This document shows positions 13,431-26,926 of a DNA stretch of 64,000 nt, piece after piece. Position numbers and translations under genes: made by a program. The stretch's first letter is position 1, and each line of letters starts with the position of its first letter. The stretch comes from Eledone cirrhosa (lineage: Eukaryota): positions 4,030,001 to 4,094,000 of the forward strand of contig OZ024751.1 in assembly GCA_964016885.1 (NCBI GenBank), in the 5' to 3' direction. The notes beneath the pieces are model-generated. The model was not told where the DNA came from, did no database searches, and saw only the letters and a program-made list of their open reading frames with translations.

Positions 13431-16400
13431 GGAGCAGACGGAGACTCCATAAGCCATAGAGTAGGCAACCCATCTAGGAGAGCTACCACTCCGAATAAAT
13501 TGGTGCGGGATAGAGAAGTTCCCTAAGACCAGTGAGACAACTTCCCTAGTGCTGGTGGCACAAATAAAAGCACCTAGTCCATGCTGTGAAATGGAGGTAA
13601 TGGTAGTAGCATTCAGCTATTAAAAACCATGCAAAACTATGGTGGGGAGAGGGCCCCTTTGTCCAGTAAGACAACCTCTCTAGTGCTGGTGGCACGAATA
13701 AAAGCACCCAGTTCATGCTGTAAAGTGGTGCTGGTGTTAGGAAGGGCATCCAACCAGTCTATCAATGCCAAAACAATTATGAGCACAGCAACAAATATAT
13801 ATCGTAATAACTGCGTGAACAGCAATAACACTAACCATGTTAGAGCTGCGGTAGTGGGATGGCTAGTGCAGCCATGTGCGAGAACTTCCCCGACAGTTAT
13901 CAAGCAATCGCACAACAAGATTATAAACAATTTTTCTTTGCAGAAAAGGAAGAAATTTCAACAAAAGACGTCGCATCTCAGGGTTGCCACATTTAATATT
14001 GGCACTCTAACAGGTAGATCTGGTGAGATAGTGGAGATGCTAGAGAGAAGACATGTGGATGTGGGCTGCGTGCAAAAGGTGAGATGGAGAGGTGCCTCAG
14101 CAAGACTAATCACAGGCAAACATCTTAGTTACAAGCTTTTCTGGGTAGGTAATGGTGATGGGTTCGGTGCGGTAGGCATTTTACTGGCTGAGAGGTGGAT
14201 CAATAAAACAATAAAGGTAGTTAGAGTTAGTAATAGAATAATTAAGATTAGATTAGTTGTAGGCAAGAGACTGCTGACAATCATCTCTGCCTATGCTCCC
14301 CATGCGGGCCTAGGTAAAGAAGAGAAGGACTGCTTTTACAAGCAACTTTTAGAAATAATTACACTGACAGAGGACAGAGACATAGTTATACTAGCAGGGG
14401 ACTTCAATGGTCATGTTGGACAGCTCCAGGATGGATACACTGGGGTACATGGTGGTCAAGGTTATGGCTCAAGAAACGAAGGAGTGAGGCTTCTTGAATT
14501 TTGTGATGCACGTTAACTAACCATTTGCAACACTAATTTCAAGAAACCTACCAACCACCTACCAATCAGATGAGCACATAAGCCAGATTGACTTCTTGCT
14601 AGTTAGGCAACAAGAAAGACAGATGGTGTCAAATACTAAGAATGTACCCCCCAGCATAGGTTAATTGTTAGTGAGATCTCAATAAGCAGGAGACAAAATG
14701 AGACATACAGGAAGGTCTGGAAACTAAAAGACCTTTCACTAAAATATAAATTTAGGAAAGCCCTTCAAGATGTGTATGACGAAAAAGAAGATGAGTTAGA
14801 ATTGTATGACATGGGTGATAACTGGAATTTCTTACATGACAACTTACTGCAGACTACTGACGAAACTTGAGGCTGGAGCAGAGCTCTGACCAGACAGAGA
14901 GTGACCTGGTGGTGGAACAGCACAGTAGATAGAGCCATTAAAGACAAAAGACAAGCATGGAAGGATTGGAAAAATTGGGGGAGTAGAGACCGATACTCAG
15001 CCGCTAAAAGAGAAGCTAGATGTCAGGTGTACTTAGCACGCAGGGAGGCTGAGAGTAGGAGGTTTGCCAATGTTCTGCGATGAGAAGATCAGAGATGTGC
15101 GGTGTTCCGCATTGCAAGGCGGTGTGTCAGTGTAAATCGGGATGTTGTTGAAGATAAATGTGTCCGGAATGATGCTGGTGTACTTAGTGTCACTAATGAT
15201 CAGAAAAATGAGACCTGGAAATGTCATTATGAGAGGCTGATGAATGTGGAGAACGAATGGGAGAGAGAGAAACTACGCCCACTAGACCCAACAGAGGGAC
15301 TGGCTATTGGGATTGGTGACTATAGGGTCAAAGAGGCAATTAAGGAAATGAAAACTAGTAAAGCTGCTGGACCGTTGGGGATAGTTGCTGAGATGCTGGA
15401 GGCATCAGGAGAAGTAGAAACTAAACTGGTTGCACACATCGTCAATCAAGCTATATATGGCAGAGTCATACCCAAAGACTGGTGCAGCAGTATTATTATT
15501 AATTGCTACAAAGGTAAAGGGGATGCTCTGGAGAGGAGCAATTATAGAGGCATAAAACTGATGGATCAGGTTATGAAAGAGGCAGAAAGAATATTAGCGC
15601 AACTAATTAGAGTAAGGGTCAAATTAAATGAGATGCAGTTTGGTTTTGTGCCTAGGAAAAGTACAACAGATGCCCTCTTCTTAGTGAGACAACTACAAGA
15701 GAGGTTCTTAGAAAAGAATAAGCCACTATACTTAGTTTTTGTTGACCTAGAGAAGGCTTTTGATAGAGTACCCTTTGGTGGTCCCCAAAGAAACTAGGCG
15801 TAGAGGAACGGCTTGTGAGGACAGTGCAAACTATGTACAGGGGTGCTGTCAGTAAAGTGAGAGTAGGAATGGAGTTTAATGAGGAATTCCAGATAAAAGT
15901 AGGAGTTCATCAGAGTTCGGCCCTCAGCCTGCTCTTGTTCATTATAGTCCTCCAAGCCATAACAGAGGAGTTTAAGACTGGCTGCCCATGGGAACTTCTC
16001 TGTGCTGACGATCTGAATATGGAAACAGAAGTTGGAATCAAGAGGACTGAGAGTGAACCTAGCTAAAACTAAAGTGTTGATAAGTAGAAAAGAGGACAAA
16101 ACTCTGATTCCATCAGGGAAATGGTCATGTTTGATATGTAGAAAAGGAGTTGGCATAAATTCTATAAAATGTACACAATGCAGATCTTGGGTACACAAGA
16201 GATATAGTGGGATAGCAGGTAAATTAACAGGTAGGGAAAACTATATATGCAGTAGATGTACATGGAAATTTGACAGTATAAGTCGCAGTGGTAGACACAT
16301 TTTTCAAATGCAGGTAGGATCTATAGAGGTGGTTAATAGCTTCCGATACCTAGGTGATCAGATTAGCAAGGGAGGAGGATGCTTCGATGGCCATAGTATG

Positions 16401-16580
16401 AAGCAAGCATGCTCCGTTGGATGTGCAATGTCAATGTGTGTGAACGACCAAGCATAGATGAGTTGAGAGAGAAACTGTTTATAAGAGGGAGAGAAGACTG
16501 CATTGGTATGGACATGTGATGTGCATGGAGGATGACCACTGGGCAACGAAGTGCCAAGAAATCCCAGTAGAAGGAAGACT
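13430..16580 (+). mobile_element. RTE LINE, near full-length and decayed (APE endonuclease plus RT)
   Basis: APE motifs ATFNIGTL, ISAYAP and AGDFNGHVG. RT motifs NYRGIKL, FVDLEKAFDRVP, GVHQSSALS and LCADD, plus a PHD-like insert. Confidence 0.92.
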
Positions 16581-16903
16581 CCGTAAGGATGAAAGGCAAA
16601 GTTAACCTCAGCGGGATATGAACTCAGACCATAAAGGGCTGTAACTCTTTGCTGCAAAGCATGGTGTCCAACCCTCTACCGATACTGCCAATCCACCACC
16701 CCTATATAATAATAACTTTTTCTACTTTTGGCACAAGACCAGCAATTATCCCAGTGCATTACTGGTACTTTATTTTATCGACCCCGTAAGGATGAAAGGC
16801 AAAGTTAACCTCGGCGGGATTTGAACTCAGAATGGCAAGGGCCGTAACTCTATGTGTCAAAGCATGGCGTCCGACCCTCTACCGATACTGCCAATCCACC
16901 ACC
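16579..16903 (-). mobile_element. Two tandem tRNA-derived SINE copies
   Basis: A-box tggcagtatcggtagag and B-box gagttcaaatcc. Central gcctttcatccttacggggtcgataaaataaagtaccag domain resembles the Meta-SINE core. Confidence 0.85.
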
Positions 16904-16988
16904 CTATATAATAATAACAATAATAATAATACAAGGACGATTTGTTAAGCTTCCCTGGATATATATATATATATATATTTAGAGAGAG

Positions 16989-17022
<34 letters not shown>

Positions 17023-17416
17023 CTATAAACACCAACCACAATGCTAAGCAATTTCAGGGTTGACATTCTCTATATACTCTCTGCATCTTCGCATGCATTA
17101 AATACTTCTATGATTAGTGGTCTGTTCGGTCTCAGCACCAACACACCAACACACAAATAAAGGGCAATACACTCAAATATGCTAAAACACACTAACACAT
17201 GTCGACACACTAACACACTGATAAGAATAGAACCACTGGTGAATGTTGTGAACAGAAATGAAATGAGATGGTTGGGTCATGTGTTGAGGAAGGATGAATG
17301 TAACTGGGAACAGAGTCAGTGGTGAATACTGTGGAGAGAAATAGAATAAGATGTTTGGGTCATGTTAGATGAAATATATAAGGACTTTGAATGGTTATTT
17401 GACTATAACACCAGAA

Positions 17417-17900
17417 GTAGAGATTGCCAGTGGTACCAGATGTGGTCTGCTGTAGACATTAACTGTGGCACGTGATGTAGTCAGCTGTAGAGATTGTCTA
17501 TGGTATCAGATATGGTCTGATGAAGACATCAACTGTGGCACCAGATGTGGTCAGGTGTAGACATTGACTGTGGCACCAGATGAGGGCAGATATAGACATT
17601 GACACTGCACCAGATGTGAACATATGTAGACATTGACACTGCACCAGATGTGATCAGATCTAGACATTGACTGTGGCACTAGATGTGATCAGATGTAGAA
17701 TTAACATAGCATCAGATGTGGCACAAGATGTGAAAATTGCCATAACACACTAAATGCAATCAAGCATTGTGAGTAACTATGAAAGCAGATGTAGTGTAGT
17801 GAGCCGTAGGGGCATTTCTAAGGTTTCACCAGATGTGGTCAGATCTAGACACTAGATGACATGGCACCAGATGCCGCAGACAGATAGACCCAGATGTTGC
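17417..17900. repeat. ~30-bp degenerate minisatellite
   Basis: Repeated gtagacattgactgtggcaccagatgtggtcaga units. Confidence 0.85.
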
Positions 17901-18309
17901 TGCATACTGCAAAAGTAACTATTGCAATGCTGCAAGTACAGTCGCACTAACCACTGTAATTATTATGATCAGTGCATGTGACCATATATGGAAAACATAC
18001 CAAATAAATGAAGTGTTTGCAAGGAATAAAAAGGGGATTGCTGGTTGCTTAGCAACAGAGCACATCCACCAAATTTTGTTTGGTTTTTGTTGTTGTTGTT
18101 TTTGTTTGTTTCTTTTTTTCTCTTTTTTTCTCAACAATGAAAAATCCTGAACATTCATTTCAAAGGATTCTTTCCTGTACTTGTAGATCGCTGGAATCAT
18201 CATCATTATCATTGTCATCATCCTCATCACCATCACCACCCTCATCATCATCATTACGAACAGCAACAACAATTACAAGTCATTGCAACAAAATCATTAT
18301 TATTATTAT

Positions 18310-18540
18310 TGGTGGATTGAGGACGATGGATTGGCAGTGCCGGTAGAGGGTTGGACGCCATGCTTTGCAGCATAGAGTTACGGCCCTTTATGATCTGAGT
18401 TCAAATCCCGCCGAGGTTAACTTTGCCTTTCATCCTAACGAGGTCGATAAAATAAAGCACCAGTCACGCACTGGGGTCGATTTAATCGACTTTCTCCCCC
18501 CAAATTGCTGGCCTTGTGCCTATATAAGAAACCATTATTA
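18310..18540 (+). mobile_element. tRNA-derived SINE (same family)
   Basis: A and B boxes plus the gcctttcatcc...gtcgataaaataaag core. Confidence 0.85.
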
Positions 18541-18599
18541 TTACTTTGATATCTCAATCATTGTTGTTATTTAACCAGAAAATTTGCCCAAATGAACAT

Positions 18600-19390
18600 C
18601 AAGCTGCTACCTGTGACCTCAGATATTCAGGACATATCAGAGGGGCCTTGTTGTTCCTAATTGGCATGTTCCAAAAGAGGGGGTTGGGCTAATGTTCTTT
18701 AACCAGCCTTGGAAACTTTTTGAGATAGCACCTAGTGCTCCTATGACGATATGGACAACCTTGATCTCATATAGTCCCAAATGCTTTTCAGTTACCACTT
18801 TAGATCCTGGTACTGCACTTATTAACACTAAATTCCATATATCATAATACATATAGTGTTAACAAGTACATCCAACTCCTTCTTGCTCTTCACAAAGAGT
18901 TTTAGATTGTCCCCAAAGAAGAGATGGTTGATGGTAAACCTGCTTCTTCCCAGTTCATATCTTGCCTTCGCTCTTTGCAATATGAGGGACAAGGGTATGA
19001 GGGTAAGGACAAACAATAAAAGGAAGAGACTATCTCCCTGGAAGATACCTCTCTCGATTTTCACTCCTCCCAAGGATTCTCCCCCTAATGTTAGCTCTGG
19101 CTTCCAGTTATTCATGCTATTATGTAATAGCTGTCTGATGTTGTCTGCCATCTTGAACATTTCCAGACACTTGGTTTTCCTAGAATGAAGAACCATGTTG
19201 AATGCCTTCAATCTATCCCATGGCAAGACCAGTATGCCTCCTCTTGCAGTTCCTTATTATCATCTTGTCAATAAGCAACAGGTCTTTTGTACCACAGGAC
19301 TTCTTTCGGCATCCTTTCTGTTCCTCCAGCAATAAGTTATGAGATGGTGGTAGATTTCCTCAGACATAATGCCTATTAACAACAACAGAA
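18600..19390 (-). mobile_element. R4/Dong-like RLE non-LTR retrotransposon fragment, internally deleted
   Basis: [33 protein letters not shown] and NHLFFGDNLKLF, joined to C-terminal VVHIVIGALGAI. Confidence 0.72.
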
Positions 19391-19629
19391 GGATGGAAAG
19401 CAAAGTTAACTTCAGCGGAATTTGAACTCAGAATGTAAAAAGCTGTAACAAATGCCATAAAACATTTTGTCCAATGCTCTACTAATTCTAGACAGACAGA
19501 CAGATGGATAGATAGAGACAAATAGATGGATAGTTATAGTTAGTTATATATATATAATATTTAATATAGAAATGGCTTCTACAGGACTAGAACTGTTTCA
19601 TTTGAAGGCAATCATCGGGAATTCCTGAG

Positions 19630-20500
19630 GATTTCCCATGTATGGACACTTTACAGAGTGGACTGGGTGTTTTTTTGTTGTTACACCTACATGACCACTT
19701 TACAATGGAAGGGGGTGGGGCATACTGTCTATATCTATATGCTTCCACTTTGGCTTGTACCCATACAAAGTCAGGTCTTCTGTATTACTGCATAATGCCA
19801 GAATTCTCAGTCCTGTGTCATCACCTTTGAAAGATGCAATTGGGATGGTCAGCTTTTATCTCCTCATACCAGGTCTTCTTGGGTTTCCCCACTCCAAGGC
19901 TTCCATTGACTTCTAGTGCTCAGCACCTTTTATACAGCTATCATCCTTCATACGCATCACATGTCCATACCAATGCAACCTCCTCTCCTGCACACAGTAT
20001 TTGATTCCTCTTATGATTTGTCTCTCTCTTAATTCATCATCATCTTCGTTTAAAGATGATGATGATGATGATGATGCCATGTAACATTGCTGTTCATATG
20101 CACGTATCATACACTCTGCCTTTCATTTTGAGGGAAAAACCTTTCGCAGCTAGCAGTGGTAGTAGCTCCCTGAACTTCACCCATCCTATTCTTACCCTCG
20201 TTACTGTACTTTCAGAACACCCACCTCCACTGCTAATTCTGTCAGCTGTCTACTGTTTTTACCAAGCCCTCCCAGAGTTTGGTAGTCTGAGTTTAATGAT
20301 TCTTGCATTCACCGTTCACTGAGATTACCTTATCTACCTATTTGTCAGCTAATAGTATAGCTACACCACCCAACCTGTTGTCATTTCCCACCCAGAAAAA
20401 TTTGTAGCACTGATTTTTGCCTACAAGGACTCTGGTGGACTCTCCTCTCCATCTAGTCTCTTGCACACTAGATGGAGAGGAAAGTCCACCAGAGTTCTTG
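19630..20500 (-). mobile_element. Spliced-together RTE fragments (EN, RT end, C-terminus)
   Basis: VQETRWRGES, SESTVTRVR and QERRLHWYGHVMRM, separated by large deletions. Confidence 0.8.
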
Positions 20501-20503
20501 TAT

Positions 20504-20539
<36 letters not shown>

Positions 20540-20612
20540 GTGTGTGTTTTGTTTTAAGTATTTCCAAAGAAAAAGCAAAGAAAAAGTGAGTGCCCTATGT
20601 ATAATACAGAGG

Positions 20613-21034
20613 TATTTAATTAGAAAGTAAACAACACAGTACAACTACTCCATTACCAAAGGTTTCAGGACCCAAGACAATATTAGCATATGTTTGCTCA
20701 TCAGATGCAATATTTATGTTATGGATATAAGAAATGAAAATAAAATTCTACATATGTATGTACTGTATAGAATAAAATAAGGAAGCTCATGCATGAGCTT
20801 CCTTATTTTATTCTATTTTTTAATTTTTATACTTATTTTTATGTATATTTTTATTCGTGCACACAAGTATATTTTCCAGCCTCACTTTCAATTTTTAATA
20901 GAATTTTATTTTCATTTCTTATATCCATAACATAAATATTTCATTTGATGAGTGAACTAGACATATGTTAATATTGTCTAGGGTCCTTTGGTAATGGAGT
21001 AGTTGTACTGTGTTGTTTACTTTCTAATTAAATA
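20613..21034. repeat. Inverted repeat with degenerate hammerhead arms (PLE pseudo-LTR-like)
   Basis: Arms ~20613-20750 and ~20899-21034 are reverse complements. A perfect palindrome lies at 20768-20817. The minus strand of the left arm has CTGATGAG...GAAA CC-ttt-GG TA. Confidence 0.75.
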
Positions 21035-21081
21035 TATATATATATGTATATATATATATGTATATGTATATATATATATTA

Positions 21082-22059
21082 CAGGGAAAAATGCGGGCGC
21101 ATGTAAAGAAATATTCTTAAATTAATAAACCTAGAAAAGTAAAGGACAAGTTATTACACCTGGAAAAGTAAAGGACAAGAAAACTTCTTCTTAAAACTTT
21201 TAAAATATTGCAGCTATAGTATAAATTTGAATAATAAAAAATATTTGATTTAAATATACATAGAAAGTGATAAATTCTAATAATACAGTTGACTCTCTAA
21301 TTGATAATAATACTAATTTATGATCATTTATTTAATTTTGTGATCCTAATTTACACCATAGTGGTTGGGTCATTAAATAAATATACTTTATTTTACTTTA
21401 CTAAATGGGACTGAAAAAATGAGTGACAATTATAAACATCAAATAAAACAAAACTTTTACCTAATTTTACCTAATTTTGCCCCTTGAGATGTTGAATTTT
21501 ACTATATTATAAAAAAAATCTGTAATACTCATAAAAAGTGCAATTATATGATGCACTGTTTTTGATTTATTTTACTGCATTATTTTATAACTAAATTTTT
21601 AAAAATATAATTTGATTAAGAGTGAAAATTTTTAAATATCTTATAACATAAATTAATAAATTGTACATATTAATTATTATTATTATTATTAATTAATTAT
21701 TGTACAAATTATTGTACAAATTATTGTACAAATTATTGTACAAATTTTATTTTAAAAAGATTAATTTGTATACACCAAGAAAAAAATTAAGTATACAGTA
21801 GTCAACTCTCCCTATAAGACAGTCATTTTTCCAGTCCTTTAAAGTGATATTTTTTTAACAATTAACTTATAATTATTTATTTTTAGTTTTATAATCTAAA
21901 TATTTTTTTTCAAATTTAGACTTTAGCTGCAATATTTTAAGAAGTTTTAAGAAGAAGTTTTCTTGTCCTTTACTTTTCCAGGTGTAATAACTTGTCCTTT
22001 ACTTTTCTAGGTTTATTAATTTAAGAATATTTCTTTACATGCGCCCGCATTTTTACCTG
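21082..22059. mobile_element. MITE / non-autonomous Tc1-mariner-like DNA transposon with long TIRs
   Basis: Near-perfect terminal inverted repeats of ~135-170 bp begin CAGG.AAAAATGCGGGCGCATG. TA flanks both ends. No transposase ORF. Confidence 0.8.
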
Positions 22060-22173
22060 TAATCCACTTTTTTTCCAGGCAATGCAAGGATATTATATTA
22101 ATATTAAAAAATATTTATCAACAAATAAGTTAAATAAATAATAATGAATAGGAAGAAGTGCAGATAGGAAAAG

Positions 22174-22246
22174 TAATCAGGGTGGGAATCGAACCCACGA
22201 CCTTCGGATTGCCGGTCCGCTGCTCTACCGACTGAGCTACCTGACC
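22174..22246 (-). tRNA. tRNA-like cloverleaf (anticodon GGC, Ala-type); probably pseudo-tRNA or element head
   Basis: GGTCAGG TA GCTC AGTCGGTA GAGC A GCGGA CCGGCAA TCCGA AGGTC GTGGG TTCGATT CCCAC CCTGATT A. D and T arms are perfect. C33, two acceptor G:U pairs and G34 in Ala are atypical for animals. Confidence 0.65.
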
Positions 22247-22894
22247 ACAATTCACTATTGCACAATCTATCACTATTTTAATGTATTAGAAATTAGAAAC
22301 AAACTAAGCGTTACTTATGTATGTAGTTCCTTACACTCTTTTGGTCCTCACTTATTTTTATGTAACTTTCTTTCTACTGAACCAAATTTCAATATTTTTA
22401 TGTCAAAAAGTAGCTTATCTGTGGTCCTATAAAGTGCAAGAAACCGCATCCAATTCTATCAAAAATTGAATAAGTGACAAAGCTTTGAAGGTGTCCCGAG
22501 TGACCAAAATGGGACCTTAAGAATATTATACACCTACTGCCGTAGGTGTATGATATATACATATATATATATATATGTCTATATACTGTATTTACTGAAG
22601 TAAAAGTTAAGTCGATATATCCAAGTGTAAGAGCACTCAGTCCATAGGAAAGCACAATCAACCCTAGGCGGCCATCTTTGTTTTTATTTTTCTCATGAGA
22701 TGCTGAATGAATTGGGGCCCAGAACCCAACGAAACTTGTAATTATCTCCTTATAATATATAACCAGCAATTTCTCTGTCTGTCTGTCCGACAGTGGAAAC
22801 ACGTGCGCGCGTGCGAATGTTTTTTTGCGCACGCGTAGAGAGAGAGACTACAAGAGGGGGATAGTGGGAGGGAGAGAGGGGGGAATTGAGGAGT

Positions 22895-23107
22895 GCTACA
22901 GAAACATATATACATTTCTGTGTGTGGGTAATATATATATATATACACACACACAGAAATATATATATATACACACAGAAATATATATACATTTCTGTGT
23001 GTGTAATATATATATATATACACACAGAAATATATATACATTTCTGTGTGTGTAATATATATATATATATACACACACAGAAATATATATACATTTCTGT
23101 GTGTGTA

Positions 23108-23138
<31 letters not shown>

Positions 23139-23209
23139 GAAATATATATACATTTCTGTGTGTGTAATATATATATATATATATACACACACAGAAATAT
23201 ATATATATT

Positions 23210-23258
<49 letters not shown>

Positions 23259-24026
23259 CACACACAGAAATGTATATATATTTCTGTGTGTATATATATA
23301 TATATTACACACACAGAAATGAAATGTATATATATATACACACAGAAATATATATACATCCCTTAGCTACTGTACTGTATCTGTTGCTATCTCTCTCTCT
23401 CTCCAGCTATCCCTCTCTTTTAGTCTGTCTGTTTCTCTCACTCCACTCTTTTTCTTTGTAACACACTAACATTCCTCCCCTCTATCGCTGTGACGAATGG
23501 GGAGATGGAGGAGGAGGAGGAGGAGAGAGTCACTTCGTCACTTCACCTCTGCCTTTCTTTCTCTCCCCTCTCACTCCCTCATTACGTACAGACATTAGGG
23601 CGGTGGATTGGCAGAATCTGTAGAGAGTCGGACACCATGCTTCATAGCATGGAGTTACGTCCCTTTACAGTCAAATACCGCCGAGGTTAACCTTGCCTTT
23701 CATCCTCACGGGGTCGATAAAATAAAGTACCAGTAATGTACTGGGTAATTGCTGGCCTTGTGCCAAAAGTAGAAACAATTATTAGAAACATTGCTTCATT
23801 TTTACATATCTAAGCATTAGTAAAATAACTAATAATTTCAAAAGTACTTTTTCAATTCCAATTGTTATGAACAGCAAAACATTAATAATAATTTTGTTCT
23901 AAGAAATATATATACATTTCTGTGTGTGTAATATATATATATATACACACACAGAAATATATATACATTTCTGTGTGTGTAATATATATATATACACACG
24001 GAAATATATATACATTTCTGTGTGTG

Positions 24027-24089
<63 letters not shown>

Positions 24090-24115
24090 GAAATATATAT
24101 ACATTTCTGTGTGTG

Positions 24116-24156
<41 letters not shown>

Positions 24157-24165
24157 GAAATATAT
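22895..24165. repeat. Compound minisatellite (cacacagaaatatatatacatttctgtgtg plus (TA)n), two blocks
   Basis: Self-complementary unit cacacagaaa...tttctgtgtg is repeated at ~22895-23360 and ~23900-24165. Confidence 0.9.
23598..23785 (+). mobile_element. tRNA-derived SINE (same family)
   Basis: ggcggtggattggcag...gcctttcatcctcacggggtcgataaaataaagtaccag. Confidence 0.85.
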
Positions 24166-24692
24166 GGGCATTTCTCTGTTTGTCTGTCTGTCTGTCCTTC
24201 AAAATGTAGGTGCTACAGAAATATTACCTTCCCCTTCCTTTCTCCACTTTGGTACTACCAAGAGAAACACTGTCACTATAGAAACATTACCTTCCCCTCT
24301 CCACTGACTTTGGTCACTGAGGCCGAGGGAATCGCTGGTTGCTATAGAGACACCTTGCACAAGCCAGAAGTAACCAGTTCGAGGCGGTTCTGACTTGACA
24401 CCATGCAAAGGACCATTTGAAGATATATTTCCATCGTTATATCATAACGTTTATGTATCATAACGTTTATATTTCCGTCACTAATCTCTTTTTCTCCTTT
24501 TTCGTTTTAACATATATTTATTTCAAAGATTTCACCGTATAGATAACATATATATTTATACATGCATAAAAGACACACCAAGAGACGGTGAACATGTGGT
24601 GCCGAAAACATTTCTCATCCAAATCTCAACAATATCAGTATATACACTAGATTTGCTAGCAGAAAACCGCCCACCGGGTGGTTTTCTGCTAG

Positions 24693-24972
24693 TCTATATA
24701 TCTAAAACAGAGAATGTCTGTCTGTCTGTCTGTCTGTCTGTCCGCTCACTAAAACTCGAGAACCACCCAACCGATTGTTTTCAAACTTTACACATGTAAT
24801 ACTTATGGTCCGGTGAATGTGTTGAGAAAAAATACCCTAGGGACCGCATTAGGCGATTTAGTAATCTCTCTCTCTCTTAGTCTTTCTTTTTAGATAGATA
24901 CATAGATATAACGTTGCACCCTTATAATATCTATCTGTATGGCTGACTGTCTGCATTATGACATTATGACGC

Positions 24973-25035
<63 letters not shown>

Positions 25036-25538
25036 ATATATAGTGTGTGTATATATATAGTGTGTAACGTTTTCGGAAATATTTACTTCTGCGTTCACAG
25101 ATTGGTTTTTTTAGTTTCAGAAGATCCTGTTAAGGGTGACAGCAACAATTCTTTGCTTAAATTTTAATCTATTTTAATATATATATATATATATATATAA
25201 TTATATATTCGTGTACAGATATTTTTGCATGCACAATAACAAAATATAAACAAAAGTATTGATTTTCTTCGCACAGAAAAAACCCTGGTAATCTACGACA
25301 AATTTTTTTTATAAGCACAAAATGTAGACACCATCCCGAGGCCAAGGTATTCCGTACCTCTCTGTATTGTTATATATATATATATATAATTGTATATTCG
25401 TGTACAGATAGTTTTGCATACACAATAACAAAATATAAACAAACGTATTTATTTCACGAGGCTCGATAAGGATAAATATATATCACATATATAAGAACCC
25501 TAGAGTAAATCCCGAGCAACACTGGGCCATTCTGCTAG
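24693..25538 (+). mobile_element. Non-autonomous Helitron
   Basis: TCTATATATCTAAAAC...(gtct)n 5' end. cccgagcaacactggg hairpin then CTAG|T at 25535-25539. Confidence 0.8.
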
Positions 25539-25648
25539 TATATACTAAACTCATCCTTTTGCCTCTTGGATATTTCCATTTAAATTTTACTTCAATAACT
25601 AGCTCCAGTAACTTATTGGGACCAGCAGATTCTTACACGAGTGTATGA

Positions 25649-26218
25649 TTGGCAAACACTGTTGAGCGCTCTATATATCTGCGTTCCCAACACAACGTGA
25701 GGATGGACCTCCACGAGATTGACTATTCCCTGAAGAATATACCGACCCCTTTGCACAGGACTTACTCTAAACTCCTCCTCCATAAAGTTGAAGATGTGGT
25801 CACATGTTTGAGATGGAGAGCATTGGCCTTCAATGGAATGCTCTCAAGTTCTGCCAATATATTCAACCTCAAGTCTAGAAAGTACCCACCTAAAGTAAAT
25901 GAACTTGCTAGCTTTGAGGCTGATCTTCTTAGTCTCATTGCTAACATTTCTTTCCGCAAGCACTCCAATTCTTTTCAAAACAAAATATGTAGAGACATTA
26001 AAAAATTCAGATCCTCTGATAGAACTTTCATCCTATCTGATAAAACTAACAACCTGTATGAATTAGATCAGCCTACTTATAACCAACTCCTTATCAAAAC
26101 CATACAGGCTAAATACAAAAAGGCTGACCCTGCTACCTATTATGCCATTAATATTGTTGCTAAGCATGTAGCCGCCACCCTTAGAATAGGCAACAAATTA
26201 GAGGGTTTGCCTACGTAA
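25649..26218 (+). mobile_element. N-terminal ORF fragment of a Penelope-like element (related to 448-2465)
   Basis: YSLKNIP...LRWRAL...FEADL...SDKTNNLY...YKKAD. The end overlaps the KYKKTNE...INNEA region of the first PLE. Confidence 0.7.
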
Positions 26219-26926
26219 ATGGGTCGAAATTTTGTTGACATTGTAATTCTGAAAGAGGGTGGATACACAATTAGCTTTAGATAAGCACTGCCTCAACACG
26301 CGGCTTGATTGCTTTGGCAGTTGTCCCCATGTGAAGAAATATATTTTGGATAAATGGCTCAGGCCTGACTAACAGGTCTAGAAGTATCTTTTGATTTACT
26401 GACTATATTGTAATTCAGTGAACAGGATCTTTTGAGTCAACTAGAAAAAATTATTGTGCTTCTATTTTCATTCAATATTGATTGTGGTCTCTCAAGAGTT
26501 ACCTCCCTTGATCTTACCCTATAATTTTAAAAAAAAAACCTTTTTCTAAATTACCTGCCCCTGCATAAACTCTTATCTTACGTAAACACACACAAGAACC
26601 ACAGACAAAAAGCAACACAACACAACAAAAATGTTACACCTACATAACTACTAACAATAAAACTTTAACAGACACCATATATAAAAACCCTTCGGTGGAG
26701 ACCGAAGGAAAAACTTTTACACACTCTGAGGAGAATCCTAATCTTAAAATGATTAGGATCTCCATGGACACACATAAACAGTTTTAAAAAAAATTCCCTA
26801 ATGACGTAGGTAACCCCTGCGTCAAACCCTATAACCGCGTCCTTTTGAAATGTTTCCCCACCCCCACCCCAGACACTCCCGCCCCAGACACACCCACCCC
26901 ACCTGACACCCCCTCCCCACCAAACA

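Larger units (their letters stand above)
22745..24692 (+). mobile_element. Non-autonomous Helitron carrying satellite arrays
   Basis: A|TC start followed by tataatatataacc...(ctgt)n. GC hairpin ending in CTAG at 24689-24692. Confidence 0.62.

Noticed and set aside
17417-17900. CRISPR-like periodicity
   Set aside because: Contiguous degenerate units with no unique spacers, no cas genes and a eukaryotic context.
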